From the NCBI GenBank assembly GCA_963837955.1, contig CAWIPH010000002.1, positions 1,824,001 through 1,888,000 of the forward strand: a stretch of DNA of 64,000 nucleotides, read 5' to 3'. Under the pieces are notes generated by a model. That model searched no databases and was not told the DNA's origin. It worked only from the letters and a program-made list of their open reading frames with translations. The stretch comes from an uncultured Verrucomicrobiae bacterium (GTDB lineage Bacteria; Verrucomicrobiota; Verrucomicrobiia; Chthoniobacterales; JAFAMB01). This document shows, one piece after another, positions 38,926-49,859 of the stretch; position 1 is the first letter of the stretch; each line of letters starts with the position of its first letter. The translations under genes were made by a program, and so were the position numbers.

Positions 38926-39372
38926 TCAATTATTCTGGTCCCGCATTAGACTCTTCAGGAGTGATCTCAACCGTGGACCAAGCCGGCGAATTTCGGCGCG
39001 ATGGGCTCCGGAGAGTTGCTCCAGAACTTCCGAACCATGATCTGTCAATTTGATATAAACCTGGCGTCGGTCCTCGACGCCCTGCTCGCGGGCGATCAGA
39101 TTCTGTTCCACCGATCGATCAACCAGACCCACTGCGCTGTGGTGAGCGATATGCAGCTGTTCAGCTAACTCGCCGATCGTGATGCTTTCGCGGTTCGGAA
39201 AACCCTTAATGGCAAGCAAGGCTTGGTGCTGGCGCGGGGTGAGTCCGGCATTCTGGGCGGCTTGTTCGCTGAAATGCAGAAATTGCCGCAGTTGATAGCG
39301 AAATGCCGCAAGCATCTCGTACTGGGCTTTGTTGAGCCGAGCGGTAGGGCGAGCTTTAGAACGGGCTTGCAT
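38926..39372 (-). CDS. MarR-family transcriptional regulator
   Basis: LAAFRYQLRQFL, GLTPRQHQALL, TIGELAEQL, HHSAVGLVDR, EDRRQV..LT..G. Confidence 0.88.
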   Translation of the reverse strand: MQARSKARPTARLNKAQYEMLAAFRYQLRQFLHFSEQAAQNAGLTPRQHQALLAIKGFPNRESITIGELAEQLHIAHHSAVGLVDRSVEQNLIAREQGVEDRRQVYIKLTDHGSEVLEQLSGAHRAEIRRLGPRLRSLLKSLMRDQNN

Positions 39373-39417
39373 AAAGAATTGATCAGGAACGTGCAAAATC
39401 TATGGCCATGTGACGTG

Positions 39418-39432
39418 TATCGTAAAACGATA
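39418..39432. promoter_or_regulatory. Palindromic operator TATCGT-N3-ACGATA, copy 1
   Basis: tatcgtaaaacgata upstream of the marR gene. Confidence 0.65.
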
Positions 39433-39669
39433 TCAAACCAGGACGACTCTGAAAATCTTTATTGGGCCTAAGTCAGATCAACCGCCGCTACTAATGTTGA
39501 AGAGGCGGTCCAAGAATTTTACGCTACATGCCGATGAACATCAGTATCCACGCGAAAAGAGAGGCGTAGACCGTGATCCTCGGAATGAAGCCCAACATCG
39601 TGAACCCTGTCGCCTCGGCCGAAGGAGATGCTTAACGCACTATTTGGCAGACCAGCGCTCACTTATATA

Positions 39670-39684
39670 CATCGTATAACGATA
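39670..39684. promoter_or_regulatory. Palindromic operator, copy 2
   Basis: catcgtataacgata upstream of ORF 39743. Confidence 0.6.
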
Positions 39685-39742
39685 TATATTTTGAACGCTT
39701 GCGGCTCCAACTTGTCCAATCCTACGGAGAGGAGTGAGCAGA

Positions 39743-39940
39743 ATGAACACTGAACAGATCAGCAAACCATCAGCCACTACCGACAGTAGCAAGTTCTCGA
39801 AGGCGATCTCGCTAGAGGAGCTTGCGGCTATTGGTACACCAAGCGGCACGTTCGCGGACACAACAGATATTGTGATAAGAATCCGCAACGGAAAACCGAT
39901 CGCGGCGAACGCGGGTGGCCAGGGTGGCGGCCAGAACTAA
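39743..39940 (+). CDS. Small hypothetical protein
   Basis: GAGGAG RBS upstream; MNTEQISKPS...; operator upstream. Confidence 0.5.
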   Translation: MNTEQISKPSATTDSSKFSKAISLEELAAIGTPSGTFADTTDIVIRIRNGKPIAANAGGQGGGQN

Positions 39941-40121
39941 GTTTCAATAAACCATTGCGACTCAGCGTATCGGAAAGCAGAGCGGTTTCCTCCAATGCGA
40001 GATCTTCTGCGCCGACTTGCACGCGCTGGCAGTTCGAGTGACCGATTCGAAGTCGGGCCGGCGCGGTAGAGATGTATACCACCGAGCCGGGCAAAGCCGA
40101 TCGGCCGACCGGGAAGCTGCT

Positions 40122-40499
40122 TTATTTTCGTTCCGACAAATGAATAACGATGCGGGTAATACTTGACTCGTATTCATTTCTCCACCGGTTGAGACGAATA
40201 CTATCGACAAAAGCGCAACTCGCCCCTGCACCGATCCAGAGAAGGAGGAACAGGACGGTATCCGGAAGAAGATAGAAAAGGCAAACGGCAACGGTTAAGT
40301 AAAAGAAAAAAAAGATCAGACTTTCGGATAGAACCTTCGGTCGCCTGCTCCAAAACCAGTCTGCCCGCGAAAATTCAACCTGACTAATCGCAGCTGGTTC
40401 CAGGTGCAGAGATTTAACCAATGCGGCGGGAGGCAGTTCCTCGTATTTCCAGACGGGGTCAGCGTCGACTTTCTTTCGCGGGTACATACTAGAAACCAA
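40122..40499 (-). CDS. Small two-TM hypothetical membrane protein (start uncertain)
   Basis: Two hydrophobic helices; operator copy 3 upstream. Confidence 0.55.
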   Translation of the reverse strand: MVSSMYPRKKVDADPVWKYEELPPAALVKSLHLEPAAISQVEFSRADWFWSRRPKVLSESLIFFFFYLTVAVCLFYLLPDTVLFLLLWIGAGASCAFVDSIRLNRWRNEYESSITRIVIHLSERK

Positions 40500-40534
40500 T
40501 TGAAGGCCGCAAAGGTAAAACCTAGTCTATACAA

Positions 40535-40549
40535 TATCGTTATACGATA
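40535..40549. promoter_or_regulatory. Palindromic operator, copy 3
   Basis: tatcgttatacgata. Confidence 0.65.
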
Positions 40550-41108
40550 CAGTGTAAAGTATTCCGTTGTTTATTACTGGCTCCATCGCCCGCTTAAAAC
40601 ATATTATGTAGCTATTGCGCCCAAAGCGATCCGGCCCCCAGTCCGTTATTGCTGCCGGACTATCGGTTCGTCGAAAAGACCGCCTACTTTATTCTGGAAC
40701 CCATTCCACAACTCACACAGCAAGACCTGCCAACGGCGACCCCACTGACGCCGCTTCGTCCGCTTGGATCTCTTAACAGAGGTTGGAAAACCGAACACAT
40801 AGATCCAGTAGCTGTTCAGATTGCCCGGTACGGATTCGAAAGACCTCCGGTTCAAATTGATGCCACTTAAACAGTCCGCAAACCGAAGAGGCCAGGAGGA
40901 GCATCCGGCCAGCCTATCACGGGGTACCTGCAAAGTTGCAACACTTCCAGTAGGCGGCGGCACCACCCTAAACATTGCCGGTTCTAGGATATTCGGGATT
41001 GGTCTCGGACACTGGCTTAACCCGGATACCCAGATATCCAGCTACAGCTTGCTTAAGGTCTTCAGCTCGCTGGTACTATAGCGCCGCACCTCATAATAGC
41101 TTGGGCTA

Positions 41109-42044
41109 CTAATATCGGCACGTCTGAGTATCACTGCATTGGAATCGTTCGGTGACGGATTTACAGAGGCCAACGAAGGTTTCCTCCGCCAGACTCAGGC
41201 GGCGGTCTTTCCAGTGAAGAGTTCCCCACTTTCGCAGAAGTTTTTTTCTTCCGAGCGGGAGAGCCACCAGAGACTTTTCGCCGAGTTCTTTTTGTGCGAT
41301 CCAGGGTGCGAGGATGCTGACTCCGAGGTTGAGCTTAACGAGTTCTTTGATCGCTTCCATGTTTCCAAGCTCCATGAACGTAAAAAGCACCTGGTCTCTG
41401 TTCCGGAAGTAATCCTGGATCATTTGAAAGGTGTAACTCGTCTTCTCGTACAGGATGTAGCTTTGCCGCGGAATTTGCGCTTCTTCGACCTTGCCAGACT
41501 GGGCCCAGGGATGCAGCGGACTGAGAATAAACTGCAATTCGTCGGTGAAAAGATGCCGGAACTCAAGCTGCGGTTCACCGCGCGGCTCCAGCACAAGCGC
41601 GAGCTCAATTCGACGCGCCCGCAGCATCTCGATGGCCTCTGGTGTGTCCCCTGGCTCTATCGAGATTGTGCAGGCGGGAAAGCTTTCTCTGAACTCGCGA
41701 AACACGGGCGGCAAAAGGTATTGGCACGCCGCTGTCGTCGCGCCCAGGCGGAGACGACCCGTTCCCCACCGGCCGAGTTGCTTTAGTTCCTCGCGCGCGA
41801 TGCCCATCTCCTGGAGAATTTTTTCAGCGCGAACGAGTAGCTGTTCCCCGGCCTGGGTCAATGTCGCTTTTTTGCCAATTCTGTCTAAAAGCCGACAACC
41901 AACATCCTCTTCCAATGCTTTCATTGCGTGGCTGATTGCTGACTGAGTGAGGTGCAGCTGCTGCGCAGTCTGCGTGAAGCTACCCGTACCGGCCAACACC
42001 GAGAAGGCGCGAAGCTGCCTGCTATCAAGCACCGCGGCAATCAT
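41109..42044 (-). CDS. LysR-family transcriptional regulator
   Basis: LDSRQLRAF..LA.TGSFT.TA..LHLTQSAISH, LTQAGE; divergent from the nitrate operon. Confidence 0.93.
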   Translation of the reverse strand: MIAAVLDSRQLRAFSVLAGTGSFTQTAQQLHLTQSAISHAMKALEEDVGCRLLDRIGKKATLTQAGEQLLVRAEKILQEMGIAREELKQLGRWGTGRLRLGATTAACQYLLPPVFREFRESFPACTISIEPGDTPEAIEMLRARRIELALVLEPRGEPQLEFRHLFTDELQFILSPLHPWAQSGKVEEAQIPRQSYILYEKTSYTFQMIQDYFRNRDQVLFTFMELGNMEAIKELVKLNLGVSILAPWIAQKELGEKSLVALPLGRKKLLRKWGTLHWKDRRLSLAEETFVGLCKSVTERFQCSDTQTCRY

Positions 42045-42156
42045 GAAGAGCATTCATCGTTTCCATTAAAACGTTGAGAAGCATCTTTTAAGCCGCAGGC
42101 AAAATCTAGCATCGCAAACGCTAACGAGGATTCATGACCACAAAAGGTCGGCAAGA

Positions 42157-43233
42157 ATGATTGAAAGATTATCTCCGAAAAACCACGGGCGCAGCCACAC
42201 CCGGCCGTTGCGCCTTGGCTTCGTGCCGCTCAACGACTGTGCGCCGATCGTCATGGCGCACGAACTTGGACTGTTTGAAAAATACGATCTGGTTGTCAAG
42301 CTCAGCCGCGAGATCGGTTGGGCGACCGTTCGCGATAAGATCGTCTACGGCGAGCTGGATGCGGCGCACGCCGTGGCGGGACTTGTCTTCGTGTGCAGCT
42401 TCGGCTTGGGCGCGCTCCGGAAGGATTGTCTAACGGCCCTTGTGCTGAATCTGCACGGCAACGCGATTACACTTTCCAACGAGTTGCGGGCATGCGGCGT
42501 GCATGACGGTAAGACGCTCAAGTTCGAGATCGAGCGTACCTGCGGGAAACGACGCTTCACTTTCGGCGTTGCATTTCCCTTTTCCTCCCACAATTTCATC
42601 CTCTGCGAATGGCTGCGTGCGGCCGGCATCGAGCCGCAGGTTGACGTCGAGATCGTGACCGTGCCGCCACCGCAGATGTTTCCGAATCTGCGGGCCGGAA
42701 ACCTTGACGGATACTGCGTCGGCGAACCCTGGAATTCGCTGGCGGTCATGCGCCGCGCCGGTTGGTGTGTCGCAACTAGTGCCGAACTCGCGCCCCTGCA
42801 TCCGGAAAAGGTGCTCATGGTCCGCCGTGATTTTGCCGAGGAGCGCGAAGCCGAACACCTTGCGCTGGTTGCCGCGCTTATCGAGGCATGCGAGTTCTGC
42901 GATCGGCCGGAAAATCGCGAGCGCATAATGGAGACGCTCGCGCAACCCAAATATCTGAATGCGCCGATCCGGGCATTGCGGATGAGCATGAACGGGACGT
43001 TCGATTTCGGGCATGGCCGTATCAAGAAGGACGCAGATTTCAATGTCTTCTCGCGCCACGGCGCGAACGAGCCGACCGCGGAAAAGGGCGAGTGGGTGCT
43101 CCAGCAAATGTGCGCCAGCGGCGCGCTCAAAGATCCGACGCTGATCCCGGCCCACAGCATCACCGAACTTTTCCGGGCGGACATCTTTCACCAGGCAAAC
43201 CAGCTCATCAAGAACAACCACCAGATTAACTAA
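42157..43233 (+). CDS. CmpA/NrtA-family nitrate-binding protein, no signal peptide (NasS-like)
   Basis: LRLGFVPLNDCAP, GELDAAH, HGNAIT, FPFSSHN, PPPQM, YCVGEPWN, HPEKV. Confidence 0.88.
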   Translation: MIERLSPKNHGRSHTRPLRLGFVPLNDCAPIVMAHELGLFEKYDLVVKLSREIGWATVRDKIVYGELDAAHAVAGLVFVCSFGLGALRKDCLTALVLNLHGNAITLSNELRACGVHDGKTLKFEIERTCGKRRFTFGVAFPFSSHNFILCEWLRAAGIEPQVDVEIVTVPPPQMFPNLRAGNLDGYCVGEPWNSLAVMRRAGWCVATSAELAPLHPEKVLMVRRDFAEEREAEHLALVAALIEACEFCDRPENRERIMETLAQPKYLNAPIRALRMSMNGTFDFGHGRIKKDADFNVFSRHGANEPTAEKGEWVLQQMCASGALKDPTLIPAHSITELFRADIFHQANQLIKNNHQIN

Positions 43234-44439
43234 GTGAAACTATCCGACCTCAAGCGCTCCGGCCATTGGCCGACACTCCTCAGTGCCTTTTTGTATTTCG
43301 ACTTCAGCTTCATGGTCTGGACCGTGCTCGGTCCACTCGGGGTACAGATCGGAGAGACGCTGAGACTCTCGCCCGAGCAAAAGGGTCTCATGGTCGCGCT
43401 GCCGATATTGTCTGGAGCGATTCTGCGGATCTTGCTTGGGCTACTGGTTGATCGTATCGGCGCAAAGAATACAGGGATCATCGCGCAGCTCGTTGTCATT
43501 GCGGGGTTGGCGTTGGGCTGGATTTTCGGGCTGACCAACTACGAGGCGACCCTGCTGATGGGGCTCGTGCTCGGATTTGCGGGTGCAAGCTTTGCAGTCG
43601 CGTTGCCCCAGGCCGGGCGCTGGTATCCGCCAAATATGCAAGGTATTGTAATGGGGCTTGCAGGTGCAGGAAATATTGGTGTCGTGCTTGATAGCCTGCT
43701 CGCTCCTCGGTTGGCGGAAGCCTTCGGCTGGAGAAATGTGTTCGGTTTCGCTCTGGTCCCGGCCCTCTTGGTTCTAGTTTGCTACGCGGTCTTCTCGAAG
43801 GAGGCGCCCGGCGAGGTAAAGCAAAAGAAGATCTCCGACTACTGGACGCTCCTCAAAGACCCGGATGCGCATTGGTTCTGCTTTTACTACACGATCAGCT
43901 TCGGTGGATTTGTCGGTCTGGCCAGTTCGTATGTGCTCTATTTCAAGGGTGAATTCGGGCTCTCGCCGGTACAAGCCGGCGATTTCGCTGGGCTTTGCAC
44001 GTTTGTTGGCGCAGTGCTGCGGCCGATTGGCGGCGCGACTGCGGATCAGATCGGCGGCATTCGCTCGCTCTACCGATTCTATCTGATTGCCGGAATCGCA
44101 TTGATCGCTGCTGCGCTCGTCCACAATGTGACTTTTAATCTTGCGCTCTTCGTCGTGGCGTCAGGATCGCTCGGGATGGCTAACGGCGCGGTTTTTCAAC
44201 TGCTCCCGCAGCGCTTCTGCAGGGAAATCGGCGTAATGACCGGTTTGGTCGGCGCCGGCGGTGGGATCGGCGGATTTTATCTCGCCAGCTCGCTCGGATT
44301 TTCGAAAGGACTTACCGGGTCTTACGTACCCGGTTTTCTTATTTTCGCTTCGCTCTGCTTCCTCGCGATCATCGGGCTCAGTGTAGTGAAAACCAGGTGG
44401 CGCAGCACTTGGGGCGCGCTTGCCGGCGCGCGGATCTAG
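43234..44439 (+). CDS. MFS nitrate/nitrite transporter (NarK/NasA family)
   Basis: GHWPTL..AFLYFD, nitrate signature GFAGASF..WYP...GAGNIG, GNGAVFQL.P.RF-like motif. Confidence 0.92.
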   Translation: MKLSDLKRSGHWPTLLSAFLYFDFSFMVWTVLGPLGVQIGETLRLSPEQKGLMVALPILSGAILRILLGLLVDRIGAKNTGIIAQLVVIAGLALGWIFGLTNYEATLLMGLVLGFAGASFAVALPQAGRWYPPNMQGIVMGLAGAGNIGVVLDSLLAPRLAEAFGWRNVFGFALVPALLVLVCYAVFSKEAPGEVKQKKISDYWTLLKDPDAHWFCFYYTISFGGFVGLASSYVLYFKGEFGLSPVQAGDFAGLCTFVGAVLRPIGGATADQIGGIRSLYRFYLIAGIALIAAALVHNVTFNLALFVVASGSLGMANGAVFQLLPQRFCREIGVMTGLVGAGGGIGGFYLASSLGFSKGLTGSYVPGFLIFASLCFLAIIGLSVVKTRWRSTWGALAGARI

Positions 44440-44486
44440 CGTGAAACCTGCCATACGAGACTCAGGTCTGACACGCGCTAAACAAG

Positions 44487-46277
44487 ATGAACATCGAAAC
44501 CACGCTTCCTGATATCGGATTTGACCGGCAGCAGAAGGAATATCTACAGGGATACTTTGCCGGACTGGCCTGTAGCGGAATGGTGCCTTTTGTGGGTCAT
44601 CTGCCCGATGGCCGGATGACAAACGTGCCTGCGCCCGGCCTCGTGAACCGCGCAGCCGATCCGGAAGCCTCCGCAGAAAAAACGGTTTATGGCACGCCAG
44701 TTTCGGACCTCTGCGAGCAGGAGCTTTGGAAGCTTGAACAGCATGGCCTGGACGTTTGGGATAAGCTTATTGCGCACGCGAACGAGGACAAATTTCCCGA
44801 TAAGCCGGACACGTTTCGGTTTCGCTATCACGGGCTGTTTTATGTCGCGCCGGCTCAGAAATCGTTCATGCTTCGCTGTCGGATCCCGGCTGGTGAATTG
44901 ACTTCGATGCAGCTGCGAGGTCTTGCGGATGTCGCTGAGGAGTGGGGCGGCGGGTACGCGGATATCACAACGCGCGCAAACTTCCAGGTTCGGGAAATCG
45001 CGCCGCGAAACATCGTCAAATGCCTTTTCAAACTTCAGGAGATCGGCCTTACGGCGCGCGGATCCGGCGTAGACAATGTGCGGAACATCACCGCGACGCC
45101 GACTGCCGGCATCGACAAGGACGAATTGATCGATACCCGCCCGTTTGCGAAGGCGCTTCACTACTACATTCTCAACAATCGCGACCTGTATGACCTGCCG
45201 CGAAAATTCAATGTTGCCTTCGACGGCGGCGGCTCCGTCACTGTCGTAGCCGATACGAACGATATCGGATTCATCGCGGTGCGCGTTCCTGAAGGTAAAG
45301 GCGTTGAGCCGGGAATTTATTTCCGTGTCGAGTTGGGCGGTATCACCGGCCACCAGCAGTTCGCGACGGACTCAGGCGTCCTCGTTAAACCGGAGCAATG
45401 CGTTGCGCTCGCCGCCGCGATCATTCGTGTGTTTGTTGAGAACGGCGATCGAACAAATCGGAAAAGGGCGAGACTCAAATACATCATCGATAAGTGGGGT
45501 ATCCCGAAATACGTCGAGGAAGTCGAAAAGAAGCTCGCGTTCCCGCTGCCGCGTCTTCCGCTCGACCAATGCGAGCCGCGGAAGGTGCCTATTCAGCATG
45601 GCCACATTGGAGTATTTAAACAAGTACAGCCCGGCCTCAACTATATCGGCGCGGTTATTGCCGTCGGCCGGATGAAACCTAAGCAGATGCGCCGCATCGC
45701 CGACGTCGCACAGAATTACGGTTCGGGCGAAGTTCGCCTGACCGTCTGGCAGAATCTCATCATCCCGAATGTGCCGGACGCGTTCGTCGAGACGGTGAAG
45801 AAGAATCTGCTAAAGATGGGTTTCCACCACGCGGCGACATCGATCTCCGGCGGACTCATCGCTTGTACGGGCAACACCGGCTGCCAATGGTCATCGACGA
45901 ACACCAAAGGCCAAGCCGTGCTCCTGGCGCGCCACCTTGAGAAGAAGCTGCAGCTAGATCAGCCGATTAATATTCATCTCACGGGTTGCCCCAATTCGTG
46001 CGCTCAACACTATATGGGCGACATCGGCTTGCTAGGCGCGAAGGTCAAACAAGGCGGCGATACAGTCGAAGGTTACCACGTTCTCCTCGGCGGCGGTTTT
46101 GGAGAAAAACAGGCTGTCGCGCGCGAAGTTTTTAGAGGTGTTCCATTTAACGAGTTGCCCACTTTGCTGGAGCATGTGCTCAAAATCTATCTCGCGAAGC
46201 GCAAACGCGGTGAAAGCTTCGTCGAGTTCACACGCCGTCACAGCGTCAAGGAACTGCAGGAATTGTTCTCCGAATAG
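44487..46277 (+). CDS. nirA: Siroheme/4Fe-4S nitrite reductase, NirA family
   Basis: [29 protein letters not shown] and TGCPNSC cofactor Cys motifs. Confidence 0.9.
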   Translation: MNIETTLPDIGFDRQQKEYLQGYFAGLACSGMVPFVGHLPDGRMTNVPAPGLVNRAADPEASAEKTVYGTPVSDLCEQELWKLEQHGLDVWDKLIAHANEDKFPDKPDTFRFRYHGLFYVAPAQKSFMLRCRIPAGELTSMQLRGLADVAEEWGGGYADITTRANFQVREIAPRNIVKCLFKLQEIGLTARGSGVDNVRNITATPTAGIDKDELIDTRPFAKALHYYILNNRDLYDLPRKFNVAFDGGGSVTVVADTNDIGFIAVRVPEGKGVEPGIYFRVELGGITGHQQFATDSGVLVKPEQCVALAAAIIRVFVENGDRTNRKRARLKYIIDKWGIPKYVEEVEKKLAFPLPRLPLDQCEPRKVPIQHGHIGVFKQVQPGLNYIGAVIAVGRMKPKQMRRIADVAQNYGSGEVRLTVWQNLIIPNVPDAFVETVKKNLLKMGFHHAATSISGGLIACTGNTGCQWSSTNTKGQAVLLARHLEKKLQLDQPINIHLTGCPNSCAQHYMGDIGLLGAKVKQGGDTVEGYHVLLGGGFGEKQAVAREVFRGVPFNELPTLLEHVLKIYLAKRKRGESFVEFTRRHSVKELQELFSE

Positions 46278-46354
46278 ATAACACCCCTAGCACGCCAGGA
46301 AAACAGAACCGGAGATTATGTCTCTCTCGCATTGCAAGAACCCGATTTTGTAAA

Positions 46355-48166
46355 ATGAGCCAACGCCAATCAGTTCCATATATCCCCGACAACGCTCCGT
46401 TTACTCCGTCCCAACGCGCGTGGCTGAACGGTTTTCTGGCCGGGATGTTCTGCCAAACTACGGCCCCCGCCGCCAATGAGCAGCATACCGCTGCCAAACC
46501 GAAGCTGAGCGTTTTCGTCGGTTCGCAGAGCGGGAACGCAGAATCGCTCGCCAAGCGCTTCGTCAAAGAAGCGAAAAAAAAGGGCTATGAGGCGACCGTC
46601 GCGGGACTCGACAAGATTACGCTGGCAACACTGGCAGAGGAAAAATGCGCGCTGGTTGTCACCAGCACGTGGGGTGAAGGAGATCCACCGGACAATGCCG
46701 CGGCATTCTGGAAACAGTTGAAGGAAGATAATGATCTCAGGCTGGCGAATCTGAGGTATTCGGTCCTTGCCCTGGGGGATACGAACTATGAGAATTTTTG
46801 CGGATTCGGCAAGAGTGTCGATCGTCGGCTCGGGGAACTTGGCGCAAAACGAATATTCGAGCGAGTCGATTGCAACGTTGATTTCGAAGAGGGAGCTGCG
46901 CGCTGGCAGAATGGCGTTTTTGAAGCCTTGAAAAATATCGTTCAGTTGGACGACGTGCCGCAACTGAACGGTTCCGTCACGGGTTCGGCTAATGGCACCT
47001 CTTCGCCGCCATCACCGCCGGTGGCGGGAATGTCCGCCGGCTACTCCCGTAAAAACCCGTTTGCCGCCCGGTTGCTCGCAAACCGTAAACTAACCGGAGA
47101 CAATTCGAAAAAAGATACGCGTCATTATGAGATTTGTCTTAAAGGGTCCGGTTTGACTTACGAGGTGGGCGACGCTCTCGGCGTCATGCCGGCAAATTCA
47201 CCGGATCTCGTCAACGAAATCCTGAAGGCCTTGCACTTCGATGGCGAAGAGGAAGTGTGTGGACCGGAGGGCGGCAAAATGCCGATTCGGCTTGCCCTGG
47301 AGCGGGAGTATCAGATTCGTCAACCGCACTCCGCTTTTTTAAACGCAATGGCCGAACATGACGCCGCTGATCAATATCTTAAAGAGCTGATCAGCGCGGA
47401 AGTGCGGACCGAATTGAACAAATTTCTGTGGGGACGCGAAGTCATTGATTTTCTCATCGAATCGCCACGCGTTAAATTTTCCCCTGAAGAATTTGTGTCA
47501 CTGCTGAAAAAGCTTCAGCCACGGCTCTACTCGATCGCGTCGAGCCTGAAGGCGCATCCAGAACAGGTTCATCTCACGGTCGACACCGTGCGCTACGAAA
47601 TTTATGGTCGGAAGCGTAAAGGAGTTTGTTCAAATTTCCTTGCCGAACGTGTCAGCAACGACACGCCGGTTCCCGTCTTCATTCAGACCTCGAAGCATTT
47701 CCGGCCGCCGCAGAGCGGCGACGTGCCGATAATCATGGTCGGTCCCGGTACTGGCATTGCGCCATTTCGCGCATTTCTGGAGGAGCGGAAAATGAATGGG
47801 GCGAAGGGCGGAAACTGGCTGTTTTTCGGAGCGCAAAAATCAAGCTGCGATTTTTTTTACAGAGACGAACTGGAAGCGTTCCAGCGCGAGGGCGTTTTAA
47901 CGCGGCTTGATACAGCGTTTTCGCGGGATCAGGATTTCAAAATCTATGTCCAGCACCGGATGCTCGAGAACGCCAAGGAGCTTTGGAACTGGCTCGAGCA
48001 GGGTGCGCATTTTTACGTCTGCGGGGACGCAGGCCGGATGGCCAAAGATGTAGACAAGACTCTGCGCGAAATTGTGAAAACGGCCGGAGCGTGCTCCGAA
48101 GATGCGACCGCAGAATACATCCAGAAACTAAAAGCCGACAAACGCTATCAACGCGATGTCTACTGA
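46355..48166 (+). CDS. Diflavin NADPH reductase (sulfite reductase flavoprotein CysJ-like)
   Basis: Flavodoxin [54 protein letters not shown]. Confidence 0.92.
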   Translation: MSQRQSVPYIPDNAPFTPSQRAWLNGFLAGMFCQTTAPAANEQHTAAKPKLSVFVGSQSGNAESLAKRFVKEAKKKGYEATVAGLDKITLATLAEEKCALVVTSTWGEGDPPDNAAAFWKQLKEDNDLRLANLRYSVLALGDTNYENFCGFGKSVDRRLGELGAKRIFERVDCNVDFEEGAARWQNGVFEALKNIVQLDDVPQLNGSVTGSANGTSSPPSPPVAGMSAGYSRKNPFAARLLANRKLTGDNSKKDTRHYEICLKGSGLTYEVGDALGVMPANSPDLVNEILKALHFDGEEEVCGPEGGKMPIRLALEREYQIRQPHSAFLNAMAEHDAADQYLKELISAEVRTELNKFLWGREVIDFLIESPRVKFSPEEFVSLLKKLQPRLYSIASSLKAHPEQVHLTVDTVRYEIYGRKRKGVCSNFLAERVSNDTPVPVFIQTSKHFRPPQSGDVPIIMVGPGTGIAPFRAFLEERKMNGAKGGNWLFFGAQKSSCDFFYRDELEAFQREGVLTRLDTAFSRDQDFKIYVQHRMLENAKELWNWLEQGAHFYVCGDAGRMAKDVDKTLREIVKTAGACSEDATAEYIQKLKADKRYQRDVY

Positions 48167-49859
48167 TTTGCTGCGGGATTGGCACCTGGGCGAAGGCCGC
48201 ACGCTGATCGACGATTTGCTGGCCGAGCAGCAACTTCTGACGCCGGTCGCCACATTCTCCCGGAAACACGAGCGCCATACTCTGCCGGCGCAGGCGAAGT
48301 ATTACAGCGATCTGATTCCACTCTCGTCGCCGGCGCCAGGCGAGCAGTATGCGTTTGCCGTCGATCTCGACGCCTGCACAGGTTGCAAGGCATGTGTTAC
48401 CGCGTGCCACAATCTGAACGGGCTCGACGACGACGAGACTTGGCGCGATGTCGGTGTGCTTTTTGGCGGAACAGTCCTTGAGCCGGTGCAGCAGACGATC
48501 ACCACGGCGTGTCATCACTGCGTGGATCCGGGATGTATGAATGGGTGTCCAGTCAACGCGTATGACAAAGACCCGGTGACCGGCATCGTGCGCCATCTCG
48601 ATGACCAGTGTATCGGTTGTCAATATTGCATTTGGAAATGCCCCTACGACGTGCCGAAGTATTCAAAGAAGCGAGGCATTGTCCGCAAGTGCGACATGTG
48701 CTCGAGTCGGCTCGCTGTGGGAGAAGCGCCTGCGTGCGTGCAAGCCTGCCCCAACGAAGCGATCACCATTACGCTCGTCAACAAGCAACAGATCGCACTT
48801 CAATGGGATAAGAAAGATAGCTTTCTGCCGGGCTCGCCCGATCCAGACTATACGCTGCCGACAACACAATACCGCACCAGCAAAACTCTGCCCGCCAATA
48901 TGCGGCCAGGCGATTTCTTTAAAAACGAGCCGGAGCATGCCCATTCGCCGCTCGTGGTCATGCTCGTGCTCACGCAACTCTCGGTGGGCGCATTTTGCAC
49001 AGGAACAATTTTACGGCTGCTCTTCCCGTCCGAGCTCCTCCGTGAACTCACGCCATTTCATTCGCTGGTTGCTCTGCTGCTCGGCTTCCTTGCGCTCGGT
49101 GCGAGCACAATGCACCTTGGGCGACCGCTTGACGCGTGGCGCTCTTTTGTCGGGCTGAAAACATCGTGGCTCAGCCGGGAGATCATGGTATTTGGACTGT
49201 TCGCGATGCTCGCCCTGATATACGCCGGGTCGTTCTGGTTGCCCGCCTTGAGCGGTTTGGTGAATATACCGTTTTGGCGGGAATTGTCCTCTTCGCCGTT
49301 GCAGAATGCGTTCGGAATCGGTGTGGCGGTTACCGGGTTGGCCGGAGTGTTTTCCTCGATGATGATTTATCGAGACACGCGGCGGACGTTTTGGCGGATG
49401 ACGTTCACTGCGCCGAAATTTTCCGGAACAACATTGCTGCTGGGTCCAGCAACGATCCTGTTTACGATGACGCTGCAATCGGTGTTCGCGCCACCCATCG
49501 CCGCGCAGCCGGCGTTTCGCCATGTCGTTGTTCTGCTATGCGGATTTCTGGCCGTTGCGACGACGGCAAAATTGCTCTGGGAGTTGGCCGTATTCGCTCA
49601 TTTGAACGACCGAGAGTGGCCAAACATGAAACGCACTGCGCTCCTGATGTCAGGCGTATTGAAACGGGCGACCATTGCGCGGTTCGTTTGCGGCACAGTC
49701 GGTGGCGTCCTGCTCCCGGCCCTTGTGGTGTTCGGCGTATTCCCTCCGGTAGTCGCGACTGGAATCCTACCCTTTTCGCTGCTCGGTGAACTGCTTGAGC
49801 GCTACTTGTTTTTCACCGCGGTGATTCCGCCCAAAATGCCCGGAGGGATTGCGTCATGA
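48156..49859 (+). CDS. 4Fe-4S protein (DmsB-like) fused to a DmsC/YnfH-like membrane anchor
   Basis: [41 protein letters not shown]; then multiple TMs with [21 protein letters not shown]. Confidence 0.88.
   Translation: MSTDLLRDWHLGEGRTLIDDLLAEQQLLTPVATFSRKHERHTLPAQAKYYSDLIPLSSPAPGEQYAFAVDLDACTGCKACVTACHNLNGLDDDETWRDVGVLFGGTVLEPVQQTITTACHHCVDPGCMNGCPVNAYDKDPVTGIVRHLDDQCIGCQYCIWKCPYDVPKYSKKRGIVRKCDMCSSRLAVGEAPACVQACPNEAITITLVNKQQIALQWDKKDSFLPGSPDPDYTLPTTQYRTSKTLPANMRPGDFFKNEPEHAHSPLVVMLVLTQLSVGAFCTGTILRLLFPSELLRELTPFHSLVALLLGFLALGASTMHLGRPLDAWRSFVGLKTSWLSREIMVFGLFAMLALIYAGSFWLPALSGLVNIPFWRELSSSPLQNAFGIGVAVTGLAGVFSSMMIYRDTRRTFWRMTFTAPKFSGTTLLLGPATILFTMTLQSVFAPPIAAQPAFRHVVVLLCGFLAVATTAKLLWELAVFAHLNDREWPNMKRTALLMSGVLKRATIARFVCGTVGGVLLPALVVFGVFPPVVATGILPFSLLGELLERYLFFTAVIPPKMPGGIAS

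Noticed and set aside
30446..41100. Integrative element or prophage at tRNA-Arg
   Set aside because: No integrase or phage genes, and I found no duplicated tRNA 3' end by eye
40600..41100. Short ORFs or a possible transposase remnant
   Set aside because: No recognisable motif in the frames I read
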